The notes beneath the pieces are model-generated. The model was not told the origin of the DNA, searched no databases, and saw only the letters and a list, made by a program, of their open reading frames with translations. A DNA stretch of 64,000 nt from Macrostomum hystrix (lineage: Eukaryota; Animalia; Platyhelminthes). The stretch is from assembly GCA_950097015.1 (NCBI GenBank), contig CATNEN010000038.1, positions 28,024,001 to 28,088,000 of the forward strand. Direction: 5' to 3'. Position 1 is the first letter of the stretch, and the number at the start of each line of letters is the position of its first letter. A program made the translations under genes and the position numbers. This document shows positions 61,511 through 64,000 of this stretch, in pieces.

Positions 61511-63850
61511 ATGACAATTAGAACACACCTGAGAATGACAATTAGAACACACACAATTAGAACACACCTTGCCATTCTCAGGTGTGTTCTAATTGCCATT
61601 CTCAGGTGTGTTCTAATTGCCATTCTCAGGTGTGTTCTAATTGCCATTCTCAGGTGTGTTCTAATTGTCATTCTCAGGTGTGTTCTAATTGCCATTCTCA
61701 GGTGTGTTCTAATTGCCATTCTCAGGTGTGTTCTAATTGTCATTCTCAGGTGTGTTCTAATTGTCATTCTCAGGTGTGTTCTAATTGTCATTCTCAGGTG
61801 TGTTCTAATTATCCTTTCAGGTGTGTTCTAATTTTCATTCTCAGGTGTGTTCTAATTGTCATTCTCATGTGTGTTCTAATTATCATTCTCAGGTGTGTTC
61901 TAATTGCCATTCTCAGGTGTGTTCTAATTGCCATTCTCAGGTGTGTTCTAATTATCCTTTCAGGTGTGTTCTAATTGTCATTCTCAGGTGTGTTCTAATT
62001 ATCCTTTCAGGTGTGTTCTAATTGCCATTCTCAGGTGTGTTCTAATTGTCATTCTCATGTGTGTTCTAATTATCATTCTCATGTGTGTTCTAATTGTCAT
62101 TCTCAGGTGTGTTCTAATTGCCATTCTCATGTGTGTTCTAATTATCCTTTCAGGTGTGTTCTAATTGTCATTCTCAGGTGTGTTCTAATTGTCATTCTCA
62201 TGTGTGTTCTAATTGTCATTCTCAGGTGTGTTCTAATTATAATTCTCAGGTGTGTTCTAATTGCCATTCTCAGGTGTGTTCTAATTGTCATTCTCAGGTG
62301 TGTTCTAATTATCCTTTCAGGTGTGTTCTAATTGTCATTCTCAGGTGTGTTCTAATTGCCATTCTCATGTGTGTTCTAATTGCCATTCTCGGGTGTGTTC
62401 TAATTGCCATTCTCAGGTGTGTTCTAATTGTCATTCTCAGGTGTGTTCTAATTGCCATTCTCAGGTGTGTTCTAATTGTCATTCTCAGGTGTGTTTTAAT
62501 TGCCATTCTCAGGTGTGTTCTAATTGCCATTCTCAGGTGTGTTCTAATTGCCATTCTCAGGTGTGTTCTAATTGTCATTCTCAGGTGTGTTCTAATTGTC
62601 ATTCTCAGGTGTGTTCTAATTGTCATTCTCAGGTGTGTTCTAATTATCCTTTCAGGTGTGTTCTAATTTTCATTCTCAGGTGTGTTCTAATTGTCATTCT
62701 CATGTGTGTTCTAATTATCATTCTCAGGTGTGTTCTAATTGCCATTCTCAGGTGTGTTCTAATTGCCATTCTCAGGTGTGTTCTAATTATCCTTTCAGGT
62801 GTGTTCTAATTGTCATTCTCAGGTGTGTTCTAATTATCCTTTCAGGTGTGTTCTAATTGCCATTCTCAGGTGTGTTCTAATTGTCATTCTCATGTGTGTT
62901 CTAATTATCATTCTCATGTGTGTTCTAATTGTCATTCTCAGGTGTGTTCTAATTGCCATTCTCATGTGTGTTCTAATTATCCTTTCAGGTGTGTTCTAAT
63001 TGTCATTCTCAGGTGTGTTCTAATTGTCATTCTCATGTGTGTTCTAATTGTCATTCTCAGGTGTGTTCTAATTATAATTCTCAGGTGTGTTCTAATTGCC
63101 ATTCTCAGGTGTGTTCTAATTGTCATTCTCAGGTGTGTTCTAATTATCCTTTCAGGTGTGTTCTAATTGTCATTCTCAGGTGTGTTCTAATTGCCATTCT
63201 CATGTGTGTTCTAATTGCCATTCTCGGGTGTGTTCTAATTGCCATTCTCAGGTGTGTTCTAATTGTCATTCTCAGGTGTGTTCTAATTGCCATTCTCAGG
63301 TGTGTTCTAATTGTCATTCTCAGGTGTGTTTTAATTGCCATTCTCAGGTGTGTTCTAATTGCCATTCTCAGGTGTGTTCTAATTGCCATTCTCAGGTGTG
63401 TTCTAATTGCCATTCTCAGGTGTGTTCTAATTGTCATTCTCAGGTGTGTTCTAATTATCCTTTCAGGTGTGTTCTAATTGCCATTCTCAGGTGTGTTCTA
63501 ATTGTCATTCTCATGTGTGTTCTAATTATCATTCTCAGGTGTGTTCTAATTGCCATTCTCAGGTGTGTTCTAATTGTCATTCTCAGGTGTGTTCTAATTA
63601 TCCTTTCAGGTGTGTTCTAATTGTCATTCTCAGGTGTGTTTTAATTGCCATTCTCAGGTGTGTTCTAATTGCCATTCTCAGGTGTGTTCTAATTGTCATT
63701 CTCAGGTGTGTTCTAATTGCCATTCTCATGTGTGTTCTAATTGCCATTCTCAGGTGTGTTCTAATTGCCATTCTCAGGTGTGTTCTAATTGCCATTCTCA
63801 GGTGTGTTCTAATTGCCATTCTCAGGTGTGTTCTAATTGCCATTCTCATG
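61511..63850. repeat. 24-bp minisatellite (ctaattgccattctcaggtgtgtt)
   Basis: About 95 copies; 835-bp higher-order duplication; inverted copies at the left edge (61511-61569). Confidence 0.97.
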
Positions 63851-64000
63851 TGACTTCAGCAAGCCATTATGAACTCAAATTAGTGAACTTTTAATTTCGA
63901 AATAAGGATTAGGAATGTAACCCAAATAGTTTTAGAGCAAAACGCAGCCATCTGGTCATAATTTTAAGGGAAAATTTATTCAAACGATGATGAGTTGCAC

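Noticed and set aside
61582-63894. Cys/His-rich CSNCHSQV ORFs resembling multiheme cytochrome CxxCH motifs
   Set aside because: Translation of a 24-bp satellite, repeatedly frameshifted by 23-bp variants.

Overview
Eukaryotic, intron-rich animal DNA. The very dense minisatellite content and gene style suggest a free-living flatworm such as Macrostomum (inference only). Six spliced protein-coding genes can be assembled by hand with phase-consistent GT-AG junctions: a short tensin-like gene (minus, running off the left edge), a GOLGA3/golgin-160-like gene (plus), TFB1M (plus), an SLC37A1/2-type sugar-phosphate exchanger (minus), a divergent EF-hand-less fimbrin/plastin (minus) and PRDM1/Blimp-1 (plus). 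About 30 distinct 17-35 bp minisatellite arrays fill most long introns and intergenic spaces and explain most of the long repetitive ORFs in the track. Two tRNA-derived SINE families and one MITE are present. The standout is at 54913-55015: a complete type I hammerhead ribozyme lying between the A box and B box of a tRNA-like RNA polymerase III unit, in the place of the anticodon arm, followed by a T6 terminator. Secondary patterns are a shared ATCC(C) core across unrelated arrays and intronic CAG|GT-containing arrays that are always antisense to their host gene.
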